The notes under the pieces were generated by a model. It searched no databases, was not told the origin of the DNA, and worked only from the letters and a program-made list of their open reading frames with translations. A program made the translations under genes and the position numbers. Positions 17,425-28,873 of a stretch of DNA of 64,000 nucleotides are shown here, piece by piece. This DNA comes from an uncultured Acidobacteriota bacterium (lineage in GTDB: Bacteria; Acidobacteriota; Thermoanaerobaculia; Gp7-AA8). Within the stretch, counting starts at the first letter, position 1; every line of letters begins with the position of its first letter. Where the stretch lies: contig CAVUKB010000004.1 of the NCBI GenBank assembly GCA_963741955.1, positions 384,001-448,000 on the forward strand. Reading direction: 5' to 3'.

Positions 17425-18677
17425 TACGCCTCGTGGGCGGAGAGGACCAGCGTCGCGTTCGTTCCGCCGAACCCGAAGGAGTTCGAGATGGCGTGGCGGA
17501 TCTTCTTCTCGCGCGCCTGATTCGGCACGTAGTCGAGGTCGCATTCCGGATCGGGGTGCTCGTGGTTGATGGTGGGGGGGAGCACTCCGTTCACGAGCGC
17601 CAGCGCGGTGTACGCCGCTTCGAGCCCTCCTGCAGCACCGAGAAGATGACCGGTCATCGATTTGGTCGAGCTGACCGCCATCTCGTACGCGTGCTGTCCG
17701 AAGACCCGCTTCATCGCCATCGTCTCCGCTTTGTCTCCGACCGGAGTCGAAGTGCCATGAGCGTTGACGTAGTCGATCTGGTCCGGGTTGAGAGCGGCGT
17801 CCTGTATGGCGAGGTTCATCACCCGAGACATCCCCGAACCATCTTCGGCCGGAGCGGTGATGTGGTACGCGTCGCCGGACATTCCGTACCCCGTGATCTC
17901 TGCGTAGACGCGCGCGCCCCGGCGCAGCGCATGTTCCCGTTCTTCCAGGATCACGATCCCGGCGCCCTCACCCATCACGAAGCCGTCACGATCGGAGTCC
18001 CAGGGACGCGACGCGTGCTCGGGGTCGTCGTTCCGGGTGGAGAGTGCGCGCATGGCCGCGAATCCAGCCACCGCGAGCGGGGTGACCACCGCCTCGGTTC
18101 CCCCCGCGATCATTGCGTCGGCGGCGCCGCGCTGAATGATCTTGAACGAGTCGCCGATGGCATGGGCTCCGGTCGCACACGCGGTGCAGGGAGCGGAGTT
18201 CGGCCCCTTCGCTCCGAAGCGGATCGAGACCTGCCCGGCGGCGAGATTCACGATCAGCCCCGGAATGAAGAAAGGTGAGACCCGGTTCGGCCCTCGCTCG
18301 AGGAGCTTCGCGTGCATCTCCTCGATCAGGGGGAGTCCGCCGATGCCGGAGCCGATCACCACTCCGACGCGCTCGGCGTTCGAGTCGTCCACCGTCAGTC
18401 CGGAATCGTCGACGGCCATCTGCGAGGCGGCGATGGCGTAGTGGATGAAGAGATCGGACTTCTTGATCTCTTTCTTTTCGATCCACTTCTCCGCCTCGAA
18501 ACCCCGGACCTCGCCGGCAATCCGGCAGCTGTAGTCCGACGTGTCGAACCGGGTGATCGGCCCGATCCCCGACTTTCCGGAGATCAGGGCGTTCCAGTTC
18601 TCGTCGTTCCCGATGCCGAGCGGAGAGACGACTCCCAGCCCGGTGATGACCACTCGACGTTTATCCAACGATTTCAC
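17424..18677 (-). CDS. fabF: 3-oxoacyl-ACP synthase II
   Basis: [15 protein letters not shown] (catalytic Cys), [29 protein letters not shown]. Confidence 0.96.
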   Translation of the reverse strand: MKSLDKRRVVITGLGVVSPLGIGNDENWNALISGKSGIGPITRFDTSDYSCRIAGEVRGFEAEKWIEKKEIKKSDLFIHYAIAASQMAVDDSGLTVDDSNAERVGVVIGSGIGGLPLIEEMHAKLLERGPNRVSPFFIPGLIVNLAAGQVSIRFGAKGPNSAPCTACATGAHAIGDSFKIIQRGAADAMIAGGTEAVVTPLAVAGFAAMRALSTRNDDPEHASRPWDSDRDGFVMGEGAGIVILEEREHALRRGARVYAEITGYGMSGDAYHITAPAEDGSGMSRVMNLAIQDAALNPDQIDYVNAHGTSTPVGDKAETMAMKRVFGQHAYEMAVSSTKSMTGHLLGAAGGLEAAYTALALVNGVLPPTINHEHPDPECDLDYVPNQAREKKIRHAISNSFGFGGTNATLVLSAHEA

Positions 18678-18751
18678 CTGGGAGATAGAAATTATCCGGA
18701 AGAGAAAGATAGAAGGGTGGTACTCGGCTGATGACCGGAGCGAGAGCGCCT

Positions 18752-18994
18752 TTACTCGCTCTTTGCGTGCTTCTGGATGTACTCGGTCGCGTCCTTCACC
18801 TTCTTGATCTTCTCGGCTTCCTCATCGGAGATCTCGACGCCGAACTCTTCTTCGAACGCCATGATGAGCTCGACGGTGTCGAGCGAGTCCGCTCCGAGAT
18901 CCTCGACGAACGAGGCATCCGCAGTGACCTCATCGGCATCCACTCCCAGCTGCTCCACGATGATAGATTTGACCCTCTCTTCAACCGACGACAT
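18752..18994 (-). CDS. acpP: Acyl carrier protein
   Basis: [20 protein letters not shown] phosphopantetheine motif; ATG at 18994. Confidence 0.96.
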   Translation of the reverse strand: MSSVEERVKSIIVEQLGVDADEVTADASFVEDLGADSLDTVELIMAFEEEFGVEISDEEAEKIKKVKDATEYIQKHAKSE

Positions 18995-19125
18995 CGAATT
19001 CCTCCAGCTTCCCAAGTCAGGGATTTTCGACGCCTCTTTTAGCACAAGCCCCCTGTTTCGTCCATCTTTCCCGCGCGATTGGAAACCTCGCCATCGTCGG
19101 CAGCTCGAACCCCGCCTTACCGGGA

Positions 19126-19896
19126 ATGCGACGACGCAATCGCTGTTGGACGAACGGGAAGGCGGCTCGCAAAGAGCCGGAAAGGAGCTGGAAATTGCGT
19201 AGAATCCTCGCCCTGCTGCTTCTGGCCGGAATTGCCGTCGGCGTCTGGTACGGAGCGCGCTGGATCCGCCATCGCGACGACCTGCGGGCCACTCTCGTCT
19301 TCGACCATGCCGGCGATCTGCGCCGCGGCGATCCGGTCGAGGTGCGCGGCGTCCGCATCGGAACGGTCACCGGGATCGCCCGGCTGGAGAACCAGGATGC
19401 GGTCTCGATCCGCGTCGACCATCAGCACCGCAACCAGATTCTCTCCGATTCCCTCTTCACCATCGAGGGCTCACGCCCCGGGCCGAGCCGCCTCGAAGTG
19501 CACAACATCCTCTCGGTCGGCAAGCCGGTCGAATCGGGAGCGGTGATCCGGGTTCGCTCAGACCGGCTCACCCGGTGGCTCGCGAAAAATGGCGAGAAGG
19601 TGGCTCCGGTGTTCGCCGAGCTCGGGCAGAAGGCGAAGCAGCTCGTCGATCAGTACGAATCGGGAGAGTTGAAGAAGCAGATGGACGAGTGGCGGCGAGA
19701 ATATCCGGAGTGGAAGCGCGAAGGACGGGCCGCGGCCGAAAAACACCTCGACGAGATCCGCCGCAAGATCGATCAGGTCGAAGCAGAGCTCCGGAAGGAA
19801 GACCGGAAAGCGGAGGCCGAAAAGCTGCGGCAGCAGTTCCAGGAGTGGATGCAGAAGCTCAGGCAGGACGACGCCGAATCGGGAGCGGAGAATTGA
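19126..19896 (+). CDS. MlaD/MCE domain protein with C-terminal coiled coil
   Basis: TM followed by [26 protein letters not shown] signature; true start may be slightly downstream. Confidence 0.72.
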   Translation: MRRRNRCWTNGKAARKEPERSWKLRRILALLLLAGIAVGVWYGARWIRHRDDLRATLVFDHAGDLRRGDPVEVRGVRIGTVTGIARLENQDAVSIRVDHQHRNQILSDSLFTIEGSRPGPSRLEVHNILSVGKPVESGAVIRVRSDRLTRWLAKNGEKVAPVFAELGQKAKQLVDQYESGELKKQMDEWRREYPEWKREGRAAAEKHLDEIRRKIDQVEAELRKEDRKAEAEKLRQQFQEWMQKLRQDDAESGAEN

Positions 19897-19985
19897 TCCG
19901 CCGAATGACGAAGCGGGAAGTGCGGGATGGCCTGCAACTCGCATCGACCTCAGCGGCAACGGAGATTCTGGAGACGCTCGGATTC

Positions 19986-20327
19986 ATGACTGCACAGAAG
20001 AGACGATTCACGTACGAAGAAGCGATCGACCTCCTTCCCGAGGTGCAGAAGATCACCGGCGAAGCGGTGAAGGAGCTGGAGATGGTCCTGTCGACCGAAT
20101 CGGCCGCCGCGTCGATCGAAGTTCCGCCGGAGCTGATTCGCGAGTACGAGCGGGTCGTTTCCGGATGGGCCGAGTCGATGCTCCGCCTCGGCACCGAGGT
20201 CAAGGGACTCTGGCTGGTCGATTTCGATTCCGGCAGCGGATACTATTGCTGGCGCTACCCCGAGCCATCCCTTCAATACTTTCACGATTACGACGCCGGC
20301 TTCTCCGGCCGGGTCAAACTCAACTGA
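19986..20327 (+). CDS. DUF2203-like protein
   Basis: RFTYEEAIDLLP...VKGLWLVDF...YYCWRYPEP...FHDYDAGFSGR. Confidence 0.78.
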   Translation: MTAQKRRFTYEEAIDLLPEVQKITGEAVKELEMVLSTESAAASIEVPPELIREYERVVSGWAESMLRLGTEVKGLWLVDFDSGSGYYCWRYPEPSLQYFHDYDAGFSGRVKLN

Positions 20328-20342
20328 GCGGGACGGGTGTCG

Positions 20343-21107
20343 ATGCTGAAAGCCATCGTGTTCGATCTGTGGGAGACGCTGATCAGCGATCCTCCGGAGA
20401 TCTCGAAGAAACAGGAGCAGCGCCGGCTGAAGAGGATCGAGGAGATTCTCTCTGCGGCGGGTCACGCCGATACGGCCGAGAGGATCGAGAACGCGTACCG
20501 GCGCACCTGGCACCGATGCCTCGAGCTCTACTGGTCGAAGGACCTCGACATCCCGACGCGGACCCAGATCGATCACTTCCTCGAGTCGCTCGAGCTCGAT
20601 CCCGATTCGTTCTCAGAAGAGATCCTCGGCGAGATCGAGCACGCGTATTCGATTGCCGCGCTCGAACTGATGCCGATCCTCACACCGGGAGCGGCGGAGC
20701 TTCTCGAGCGCCTGAAGCGCGAATACGCGATCGGTCTGATCAGCAACACCGGACGCACGCCGGGCTGGGTGCTCCGGGAGATTCTCGATTCGCACGGGCT
20801 CGCACGCTGGTTCGACGCGATGGTCTTCTCGAACGAGCACGGGGAGTGCAAACCGAAGCGCTCCATCTTCGAGGCGTGCTGCAAGGCGCTGGGGGTCGAA
20901 CCTGCAGAGGCGGTCTTCGTCGGCGACAATCTTCAGGTCGACGTCTGGGGCGCGCAGCGGTGCGGTATGCGCGGGATCCACTACATCCCTCCGGTCCGAG
21001 GTCTCGCCGTCGCCCCTCCGTCGACGACGGAGGTCGAGGTGGTTCCGGACGCCGTGATTCACGATCTCGCCGAGATCGACCAGGTGCTGGCGAGACTGGC
21101 ATCGTGA
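20343..21107 (+). CDS. HAD-superfamily hydrolase
   Basis: FDLWETL, LISNT, KP, FVGDN..DVWGA motifs. Confidence 0.88.
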   Translation: MLKAIVFDLWETLISDPPEISKKQEQRRLKRIEEILSAAGHADTAERIENAYRRTWHRCLELYWSKDLDIPTRTQIDHFLESLELDPDSFSEEILGEIEHAYSIAALELMPILTPGAAELLERLKREYAIGLISNTGRTPGWVLREILDSHGLARWFDAMVFSNEHGECKPKRSIFEACCKALGVEPAEAVFVGDNLQVDVWGAQRCGMRGIHYIPPVRGLAVAPPSTTEVEVVPDAVIHDLAEIDQVLARLAS

Positions 21108-21198
21108 ACGCGAGCGAGAGGAAGCCGTGGAATAGCCGTTGCAGCAGGAATGCATGAATCAGCCACTCCTTTCGGGGAAGGAAAGAGCTCACGACCCG

Positions 21199-22731
21199 AT
21201 GAATCACCACCGACGATCCTCTCTCGCGATACTCCTCACGCTCGTTCTCGCGCTGCCGTTCGGCACGCTGGAATGGAGCGCGTTTGCCGCTCCCGCTCCG
21301 AAGCGGAAGAGCGCCTCGAAGAAGAAGAAGAGTGCGAGCGCAGATCCTGTGGCGAGCGGCAGCACGCTCGAGCAGCGGATCGATTCTCTTCTGAACAATG
21401 CCGTCGTCCGCAGCGCGAACGTCAGCATCCAGATCGTCGACGTCGAGACCGGAACGGTCGTCGCGGAGCGGGACCCGCACAACATGGTGGCTCCCGCCTC
21501 GAACATGAAGCTCTTCACCACCGGCGCGGCTCTCGATAATCTGAAGCCCTCGTTCGAGATCACCACTCCGGTCGAGATGAGGGGGACGGTCGACCAGACC
21601 GGGACTCTCCACGGAGACGTCCGGATCGTCGGTCACGGCGATCCGACCATCAGTGGGCGGCTTCACGACGGCAACGCCACCGCGGTCCCTGAACAGTGGG
21701 CGGACGCTCTGAAGGCCGCCGGGGTGCGGACCATAGCCGGGAATCTGATTTTCGAGTACGGCTACTTCGATACGGAGTTCGTCCATCCGACCTGGCCGAC
21801 CGACCAGCTGGTGAACTGGTACGAAGCCCCGGTCTCGGCGTTCTCCATGCAGGAAGGGTGCGTCGCGGTACGCGTCTACCCGACCCGAAAGGGAGAGCGC
21901 GCGCGGGTCGAGCTCGAACCGGAGAACACATTCCTCACCGTCCAGAATACCTGCACCACCGGCGGCGGGCCGGGTGTCTTCATCTCCCGGAAGATCGGGA
22001 CCAACGACATCATCGTCCGCGGCAATGCCCCGCCGAAGTACGGACCGACCGAGATCTTCGTCGCGATCCAGGATCCGATCCGTTACTTCGCGAACGTCGT
22101 CCACCAGACCTTCCTTCGCAACGGCATCAATGTCCAGGGGCAGGTGCTCGTCACGCCGCACGACGGCCGGGCCGACTGGAAGGAGATCACCCGCCAGACC
22201 ACGCCGCTCCCGGTCGTGGTCTACGTGATCAACAAAGTGAGCCAGAACCACTACGCCGAGCAGCTGCTCAAGATTCTCGGCGCCGAACGGCGGGGTCAGG
22301 GCTCGTGGGATTCCGGTTCGCAGGTCGTTCACCAGTGGCTGGTGCAGGACGTCGGTGTCCCGGCGAACGAGTTCCATCAGGTCGACGGTTCGGGGATGTC
22401 ACGCGACAACCGCGTCACCGCCAACGCCTTCATCCACCTCCTCCGGTACATGTGGAACACGCCGTACCGCCGGGAGTTCGTCAGCTCCATGCCCTACTCG
22501 GGCGAGCCGGAGTCGCGCCTCCGCCATCGTCTCAACCAGGCACCTTACGCTCGGCAGGTGTACGCGAAGACCGGATACATCAGCGGCGTGATCGGCCTCT
22601 CCGGCTATGTCCACGCGAAGAGCGGAAGGATCTACGCCTTCTCCTTCCTCTTCAACCACTACCGCACCGGCGTCTGGGGCGTTTACCGCCTGCAGGACAA
22701 GATCCTCGAGGAGATCGTCGATCGCGGATGA
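21199..22731 (+). CDS. dacB: D-Ala-D-Ala carboxypeptidase/endopeptidase (PBP4, peptidase S13)
   Basis: Signal peptide, PASNMKL (SxxK), GDP, SQN, DGSGMSR, AKTG. Confidence 0.9.
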   Translation: MNHHRRSSLAILLTLVLALPFGTLEWSAFAAPAPKRKSASKKKKSASADPVASGSTLEQRIDSLLNNAVVRSANVSIQIVDVETGTVVAERDPHNMVAPASNMKLFTTGAALDNLKPSFEITTPVEMRGTVDQTGTLHGDVRIVGHGDPTISGRLHDGNATAVPEQWADALKAAGVRTIAGNLIFEYGYFDTEFVHPTWPTDQLVNWYEAPVSAFSMQEGCVAVRVYPTRKGERARVELEPENTFLTVQNTCTTGGGPGVFISRKIGTNDIIVRGNAPPKYGPTEIFVAIQDPIRYFANVVHQTFLRNGINVQGQVLVTPHDGRADWKEITRQTTPLPVVVYVINKVSQNHYAEQLLKILGAERRGQGSWDSGSQVVHQWLVQDVGVPANEFHQVDGSGMSRDNRVTANAFIHLLRYMWNTPYRREFVSSMPYSGEPESRLRHRLNQAPYARQVYAKTGYISGVIGLSGYVHAKSGRIYAFSFLFNHYRTGVWGVYRLQDKILEEIVDRG

Positions 22732-22923
22732 GTCGGAGTCGATCTGGTTCCAGCTTGCGGGTTGAATCCAGCCCGCCACCATTGAACCGGCACCGAGATC
22801 GGCGCGCCCCGCAGATGGTTCGAGCTCACCACCGACCTCCGCGCGTTCCACCGCTTCTCGAGTCACCACTTCGAGCCGACAACCCTTGCATCTTCTCCCT
22901 GCAGCACCGAAACTTGCAGCCGC

Positions 22924-24219
22924 ATGGCGCGCGCAGGCTGGCCCGGGAAGATCTCGTGGGGGACGTACGACCTCGCGAACACCATGTTCTCGATGAACGT
23001 CATCTCGCTCTACTTCCCTCTATGGGTGGCGAGCTCGTTCCATCGCGGCGAGGTGTGGTACGCGATCGCGTACTCGTTTTCCATGCTCCTCGTCGCGGTC
23101 GTCTCGCCTCTCGCAGGGACGGAAGGCGACCGCAACGGACATAAGCGGGTGCTCTTCCTCGCGACCACCGTCGCCGTCATCCTCACCGCGCTCCTCGGAT
23201 TCGGCCACTCCATCGTCTCGGTTCTCGTCATCTTCGTCGCCGCGAACTTCGGATATCAGGTGGGACTCGTTTCCTACAACTCGCTCCTCACGTCCGTGGC
23301 GGAGCCGCGCGAGAGGGGGATGGTCTCGGGTGTCGGAGTCGCGCTCGGCTACGTCGGGTCGTTCGTCGGAATGTTCGCCGCCTTTCCGTTCGTCAACCAC
23401 GGCGCGTTCGAGAAGCTGCCGGCATTTCTGCAACACGCGGTCAGCGCCCTCGCCATCGGCGGCGCTCCGGCCGGCGCCGTTCCCGCCCGTGCGAATGCGT
23501 TCCTCCCGACCGCCATCCTCTTTGCTCTGTTCTCGCTCCCTCTTTTTTTCTTCGTGCGCGAGCGGCGCGAAGGGAGACGTCCGTCGACCACCGGTTCGCT
23601 CCGCGAGGTCACCGCGACGTTCCGCGAGATCATTCGCCGGCGGAACCTCCGCAACTTCTATCTCGCGACGTTCCTCTACATGGACGCGGTCCATACCGTC
23701 TACATCGTCATGGCGACATACGCGAAGTTCGCCATCGGCCTCGACGACGGACAGATCCTCGAGTCGATGTCGATCGCATTGGCGGCAGCGGTGATCGGAT
23801 CGTTTCTCTACGGAATCCTCGCGGACCGGGTCACCGGTCGGACTGCGCTGATGACCGTTCTCGCGAACTGGGTCGTGGTGATGGTAGTGGCGGTCTTCGC
23901 TCACGGGTTCGGCGGGTTCGTCACCGTCGCCGTGATCGCCGGATGCGGTCTGGGCGGAGTGGAGGCGGTGCGCCGCGTGGCGCTCCTCTCGCTGATCGAC
24001 GAGGAGGAGAGCGGTCGCTACTTCGGCTTCTTCAACTTCACGGGGAAGGCGAGCTCCATCATCGGGCCGCAGCTTTGGGCCCTGGTCCTCTTCCTCTTCG
24101 AAGGGTGGGGAGGTATCCGGTTCCGGATCGCGGTGGGAGTGATGCTCCTTCTCGTGATCGCCGCGATCGGAGTCCTGCGCCGGGTCGAATTTCCGCCGGT
24201 CAGCCGCGTGGCGGCCTGA
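22924..24219 (+). CDS. MFS transporter (UMF1/ATG22-like)
   Basis: WGTYDLAN, YNSLL, VSGVGVALGYVG, GRYFGFF...GK; about 12 TMs. Confidence 0.85.
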   Translation: MARAGWPGKISWGTYDLANTMFSMNVISLYFPLWVASSFHRGEVWYAIAYSFSMLLVAVVSPLAGTEGDRNGHKRVLFLATTVAVILTALLGFGHSIVSVLVIFVAANFGYQVGLVSYNSLLTSVAEPRERGMVSGVGVALGYVGSFVGMFAAFPFVNHGAFEKLPAFLQHAVSALAIGGAPAGAVPARANAFLPTAILFALFSLPLFFFVRERREGRRPSTTGSLREVTATFREIIRRRNLRNFYLATFLYMDAVHTVYIVMATYAKFAIGLDDGQILESMSIALAAAVIGSFLYGILADRVTGRTALMTVLANWVVVMVVAVFAHGFGGFVTVAVIAGCGLGGVEAVRRVALLSLIDEEESGRYFGFFNFTGKASSIIGPQLWALVLFLFEGWGGIRFRIAVGVMLLLVIAAIGVLRRVEFPPVSRVAA

Positions 24220-24223
24220 GATC

Positions 24224-24496
24224 TCATTTCTGTTCGCGGGGCATGGACGGGCCGTGGTCCGACACCGGCGCCACTTCGAGCGTGAAGAGCTGTTGCTCCC
24301 GGCGCCCGGTGGCCACCACCTGGAGTCCCGGATAGCGCTGGAGATCTCCGATCAGGCTCGATTGCTCGGCCTCCAGAAACTTATCCACGGCGTCCTCCGG
24401 ACTGGTCGCCTCGAGCATGAAGAAGCGGGGAAGGACGGAAGGCGCGGCACGGCCCGCCTCGTCGGTCAGGAAAAGCTGTTCGATCCGGAATCTCAC
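24224..24496 (-). CDS. Small hypothetical protein (90 aa)
   Basis: GGGAGG SD before GTG at 24496; globular-looking sequence; C-terminal part of ORF 24224-24703. Confidence 0.6.
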   Translation of the reverse strand: MRFRIEQLFLTDEAGRAAPSVLPRFFMLEATSPEDAVDKFLEAEQSSLIGDLQRYPGLQVVATGRREQQLFTLEVAPVSDHGPSMPREQK

Positions 24497-24548
24497 TGGT
24501 CCTCCCCACGCCACCACTACCGCCATACCGCCCCATTTCCCTGCAATA

Positions 24549-24576
24549 TTGATGCAGTTCGGCGCTGTTCTATACT
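24549..24576 (+). promoter_or_regulatory. Putative sigma70 promoter of guaB
   Basis: TTGATG-16bp-TATACT, followed by GAGGAG SD and ATG 24595. Confidence 0.55.
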
Positions 24577-24594
24577 CCCAACCGAGGAGCATGC

Positions 24595-26160
24595 ATGAGT
24601 GACGAACAGGCGATTCGAGATGGCGAGCCGGTAGTCGGACGAGTCGAGCTCCGCGAGGTGCCGGGCACGACGGCGTCCGCGTCGGCGAGGTTCGACTCGG
24701 CAATTCCCCTTGCCCTGACGTTCGACGATGTCCTTCTGGTGCCGTCGAAGTCCGACGTCCACCCCAATTTCGTCGATACCAGCACGCGGCTGACGCGCGA
24801 CATCAGGCTGAACATCCCGATCATTTCCGCGGCGATGGACACCGTCACCGAGGCGCGCCTCGCGATCGCCATCGCACAGCAGGGCGGTCTCGGCGTGATT
24901 CACAAGAACATGACCATCGACCAGCAGGCCGAAGAGGTCGACAAGGTCAAACGCTCTGAAGCAGGAATGATCGTCGACCCCGTCACTATGCGGCCGTGGC
25001 AGCGCATCTCCGAAGCGCTCGCGGTCATGGAGAAGTACAAGATCTCCGGCGTTCCGGTCACCGACGAGAACGGAAAGCTCGTCGGCATCCTCACCAACCG
25101 CGACCTCCGTTTCGAGACCCGCTTCGATCTCCCGATCGCCGAGCGGATGACGAAGGAAAACCTGATCACCGTACCGGTCGGTACCACCCTCGACGCCGCG
25201 CGCGAAGTCCTGCACCACCACCGGATCGAAAAGCTCCTGGTCGTCGACGGCAACGGAGACCTCAAGGGGCTGATCACCGTCAAGGACATCCAGAAGGCGC
25301 GGAAGTACCCGAGCGCGTCGAAAGATCCCCTCGGCCGGCTCCGCTGCGGCGCCGCGATCGGCGTCGCGAAGGACTCCCTCGACCGGGCACGCGCACTGAT
25401 CGACGCGAAGGCCGACGTCATCGTCATCGATTCCGCGCACGCGCATTCGGCAGGCGTGATGGACGTGATCCGGCAGTTCAAGCGGTACTTCCCGGAGACG
25501 CCGATGATCGCGGGGAACATCGCCACCGCCGAGGCGGCCGAAGATCTGATCCGGCTCGGAGTCGACGGGATCAAAGTCGGCATCGGACCCGGCTCCATCT
25601 GCACCACGCGCGTCGTCGCCGGCGCCGGCGTTCCGCAGGTCACCGCGATCATCGAATGCACTCGGGTCGCCGAGAAGTACGACGTCCCGGTGATCAGCGA
25701 CGGCGGGATCAAGTTCTCCGGCGACGTGACCAAGGCGCTGGCCGCGGGGGCGAACTGCGTGATGATCGGCTCGCTCTTCGCGGGGACCGACGAAGCCCCC
25801 GGCGAGACCATCCTGTATCAGGGACGCACGTTCAAGGCGTATCGCGGAATGGGATCGATCGGAGCGATGCAGGCAGGGTCGAAGGACCGGTACTTCCAGG
25901 ATGCGGAAGACGACGCGGCGAAGCTCGTCCCGGAGGGAATCGAAGGAAAGGTGCCGTACAAGGGCTCTCTCTCCGCGATGATTCCGCAGATCGTCGGTGG
26001 CCTCCGCTCCGGAATGGGACTGGCGGGTGCCGCGAGCATCGACGACCTCCGGACGAAGAGTCGCTTCGTACGGATCACGGCCGCCGGACTCCGCGAGAGC
26101 CATGCCCACGACGTGGTGATCACGAAGGAAGCGCCGAACTACCGGATCGAATCCGAATAG
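24595..26160 (+). CDS. guaB: IMP dehydrogenase
   Basis: [22 protein letters not shown] pair, [30 protein letters not shown]. Confidence 0.97.
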   Translation: MSDEQAIRDGEPVVGRVELREVPGTTASASARFDSAIPLALTFDDVLLVPSKSDVHPNFVDTSTRLTRDIRLNIPIISAAMDTVTEARLAIAIAQQGGLGVIHKNMTIDQQAEEVDKVKRSEAGMIVDPVTMRPWQRISEALAVMEKYKISGVPVTDENGKLVGILTNRDLRFETRFDLPIAERMTKENLITVPVGTTLDAAREVLHHHRIEKLLVVDGNGDLKGLITVKDIQKARKYPSASKDPLGRLRCGAAIGVAKDSLDRARALIDAKADVIVIDSAHAHSAGVMDVIRQFKRYFPETPMIAGNIATAEAAEDLIRLGVDGIKVGIGPGSICTTRVVAGAGVPQVTAIIECTRVAEKYDVPVISDGGIKFSGDVTKALAAGANCVMIGSLFAGTDEAPGETILYQGRTFKAYRGMGSIGAMQAGSKDRYFQDAEDDAAKLVPEGIEGKVPYKGSLSAMIPQIVGGLRSGMGLAGAASIDDLRTKSRFVRITAAGLRESHAHDVVITKEAPNYRIESE

Positions 26161-26175
26161 GCGACGAGCGCCGGC

Positions 26176-26640
26176 TCCGCACCCCGGATGCAGCACGTGC
26201 CGAGGCTCCATGCGTGCAGGCAGTGGCCCGTGCCGAGGGGCGCGGATCCTCTGATCCGCCGCGCGAATCACGTTCGGAGCGGATCGGGAGGATGGCTTCG
26301 GCAGAAGCGGAGCCGTACGGTGCAGACGCTCCGCGCGTAGCCTCCCGCGCACTCTTTCCCGAGGTGAACACGATCTTCGAGGCGGATCCCGGCGAGCGGA
26401 ATCCGCTCCCCGGAAGCGGCACGTGGCGAGGCTCCATGCGTGCAGGCAGCGGCCCGTGCCGAGGGGCGCGGATCCTCTGATCCGCCGCGCGAATCACGTT
26501 CGGAGCGGATCGGGAGGATGGCTTCGGCAGAAGCGGAGCCGTACGGTGCAGACGCTCCGCGCGTAGCCTCCCGCGCACTCTTTCCCGAGGTGAACACGAT
26601 CTTCGATGCGGATCCCGGCGAGCGGAATCCGCTCCCCGGG
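26176..26640. repeat. Tandem duplication of a 226-bp intergenic hairpin-rich unit (2 copies + stub)
   Basis: GAGGCTCCATGCGTGCAGG at 26202 and 26428; the copies are nearly identical. Confidence 0.92.
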
Positions 26641-26690
26641 GTCGCCGCGGGGCTCGCCTCGTTCCACATTCTCGTGAATAATCCGCGTTG

Positions 26691-28133
26691 ATGAGCGAGA
26701 GCGATACCATTCCCCGTTTCGACCGCCGGACGCGCGAGCTCGCGCACCGCGTCGTCGACCTTCTGTTCGACCACGTCGAGAACATTCGCGAACAGCCGGT
26801 CGTCGACTGGCAGAGCTCCGATGAATTGCGACGTCGCTTCGCCGTCGGTGAAGAGCCTCTCGACGACGATCGGCTCGTAGAGAAGATCGCCGAGCTCGCG
26901 CGCAGCTCGATCCAGATCCATCACCCCTCGTATATGGGGCATCAGGTCTGTCCTCCCTTTCCCACCGGCGTGATCGGCGACCTGGTGATCTCGACGCTCA
27001 ACCAGTCGACCGCGGTCTGGGAGATGAGTCCCGCGGCGACGATCATCGAGCAGCAGATCGTCCGCTGGCTCATCGACCGTGTTGGCTACCCGGCAGATGC
27101 AGCCGGAACCGCCGTCTCGGGTGGCTCGGCCGCGAACCTGACCGCGCTTCTCGCCGCCCGCGCGAGATTGCAGCACGAAGAGGCGGGAAGGAAGCGGACT
27201 CCGGTGATCCTCTGCTCGGAGAGCACTCATTACTCCGTCGCGCGCGCCGCGTCGATCCTCGGACTCGGCCCGTCGAGCGTGGTGAAGATACCGGTCGGCC
27301 GCGACTATCGGATGGATGCGGACGCGCTGGTTCGAGAGCTCGACGGCGTCGAGGCGTCGGAGTCTCACGCCGCGATGGCGATCGTCGCAACTGCGGGCTC
27401 CACGGCGACCGGCTCGTTCGACCGGCTCGGCGAGATCGCCGAGATCCGCGATCGCTACCGCACGTGGCTTCACGTCGACGCGGCGCACGGCGCCTCGGTG
27501 CTCCTGTCCGAGACTCTCTCGCCTCTGGTACACGGACTCGATCGCGCGGACTCCCTCAGCTGGGATCCGCACAAGATGCTCTGGATGCCGCTCTCGCTCG
27601 GCGTGGTCCTGGTGCGACACGAGCGCTGGCTACGCGGTGCGTTCGAGTCCGACGCGCCGTACCTCTTCCATCGCGAAGCGGATGAGCCGAACATCGGTGA
27701 AATGACCATCCAGTGTTCCAGGCGCGCGGATGCGGTCAAGCTCTGGCTCACGCTGCAGGCGCACGGAACCGATGCATTCACTGCTGCGATGGAGAGAGTG
27801 ACCGAGCTGACGAGATACCTTCATCGCCGTGTGACCGACAGCGATGACTTCGAATCGATGCACGAGCCGGAGTTCAACATCTTCTGCTTCCGTTTCGTCG
27901 GCGATCGGAATCGTGACGAGGCTGAGCTCGACGGATGGAACCGGCGGATCCGGAGAGCGCTCATCGAATCGGGCGACGCGTGGATCACGTCCACGGTGCT
28001 CGGTGGAAGGCGAGTGCTGCGTGTGACGATGATCAACCCGGCGACCACAGAAGCCGACATCGACCGGATGCTCGATTCGGTGCGGCGCGTGGCGTCCGCG
28101 TTGGAAGATGAAGAGCTGGCGGAGCCGCAATGA
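26691..28133 (+). CDS. Group II PLP-dependent amino-acid decarboxylase (DDC/diaminobutyrate decarboxylase-like)
   Basis: YMGHQ, SGGSAAN, HYSV, ATAGST, WLHVDAAHG, WDPHK (PLP Lys). Confidence 0.9.
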   Translation: MSESDTIPRFDRRTRELAHRVVDLLFDHVENIREQPVVDWQSSDELRRRFAVGEEPLDDDRLVEKIAELARSSIQIHHPSYMGHQVCPPFPTGVIGDLVISTLNQSTAVWEMSPAATIIEQQIVRWLIDRVGYPADAAGTAVSGGSAANLTALLAARARLQHEEAGRKRTPVILCSESTHYSVARAASILGLGPSSVVKIPVGRDYRMDADALVRELDGVEASESHAAMAIVATAGSTATGSFDRLGEIAEIRDRYRTWLHVDAAHGASVLLSETLSPLVHGLDRADSLSWDPHKMLWMPLSLGVVLVRHERWLRGAFESDAPYLFHREADEPNIGEMTIQCSRRADAVKLWLTLQAHGTDAFTAAMERVTELTRYLHRRVTDSDDFESMHEPEFNIFCFRFVGDRNRDEAELDGWNRRIRRALIESGDAWITSTVLGGRRVLRVTMINPATTEADIDRMLDSVRRVASALEDEELAEPQ

Positions 28134-28873
28134 CGCTGGCGAGGCGGATCCGGATCGTACTCGTCGAGCCGCGTGAGGAAGGGAATGTCGGCGCGGTCGC
28201 CCGGGCGATGAAGAACTTCGGGCTCGACGATCTGGTGGTGGTCGGTCAGATCCCGGGGCCGGGACGCGTTGCGGAGTGGTGGTCGAGCGGCGCTGCGGAT
28301 CTGGTCGGATCAGCGAGAGTGGTCGCGACGCTCGATGACGCGATCCAGGACGTACACCGGACGATCGCCACGACCTCCGCGCGCGGACGCAGCGAGGACG
28401 ATCTTCTCACCCCCAAAGGTCTCTCCGAGCTGTGGCGGGACACCGGCGCAGGAGAACGGATCGCGCTCGTCTTCGGACGGGAAGATCGTGGTCTCACCGC
28501 AGAGGAGGTCGCGAAATGCCAGTTCCGCGTCAGCATCCCGACCTCTACTGCATTTCCGACCATGAACCTCGCGCAGTCGGTCGCCATCCTCTGTTACGAG
28601 CTGCATCGGGAAGATCCGCCGAGGGGCGCGGCGAAGCCCGCGGCCGCAGAGGCAGGGCAGATCGAGCGGCTGCACGAGATGGCGCGCGAGCTCCTTCTCG
28701 ATTCCGGTTTTTTGAACGCGGAGAATCCGGACCATATCTACGATGAGATGCGTGCCCTCGCAGGACGGGCGCGTCTGAGTGAAAGAGAAGTGACGCTGCT
28801 CCTCGGCGCCGTGAGGCAGCTTCGATGGAAGATCCACGGGAGCGAAGCTTCAGATCAGCCCGATTCGGCCTGA
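28130..28873 (+). CDS. SPOUT tRNA methyltransferase, TrmJ/LasT family
   Basis: NVGAVARAMKNFG, LVFGREDRGL, MNLAQSVAILCYEL. Confidence 0.9.
   Translation: MTLARRIRIVLVEPREEGNVGAVARAMKNFGLDDLVVVGQIPGPGRVAEWWSSGAADLVGSARVVATLDDAIQDVHRTIATTSARGRSEDDLLTPKGLSELWRDTGAGERIALVFGREDRGLTAEEVAKCQFRVSIPTSTAFPTMNLAQSVAILCYELHREDPPRGAAKPAAAEAGQIERLHEMARELLLDSGFLNAENPDHIYDEMRALAGRARLSEREVTLLLGAVRQLRWKIHGSEASDQPDSA

Noticed and set aside
22732-22923. Possible tRNA or ncRNA in the dacB-MFS gap (GGTTCGAG, short hairpins)
   Set aside because: No cloverleaf with proper arms could be built; only isolated hairpins.
26120-26785. ORFs across the 226-bp duplication
   Set aside because: Low-complexity translations that repeat in shifted frames; no SD or domain evidence.
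26691-28133. Siderophore or secondary-metabolite cluster around the PLP decarboxylase
   Set aside because: Neighbours are guaB and a tRNA methyltransferase; no monooxygenase, NIS or NRPS genes.
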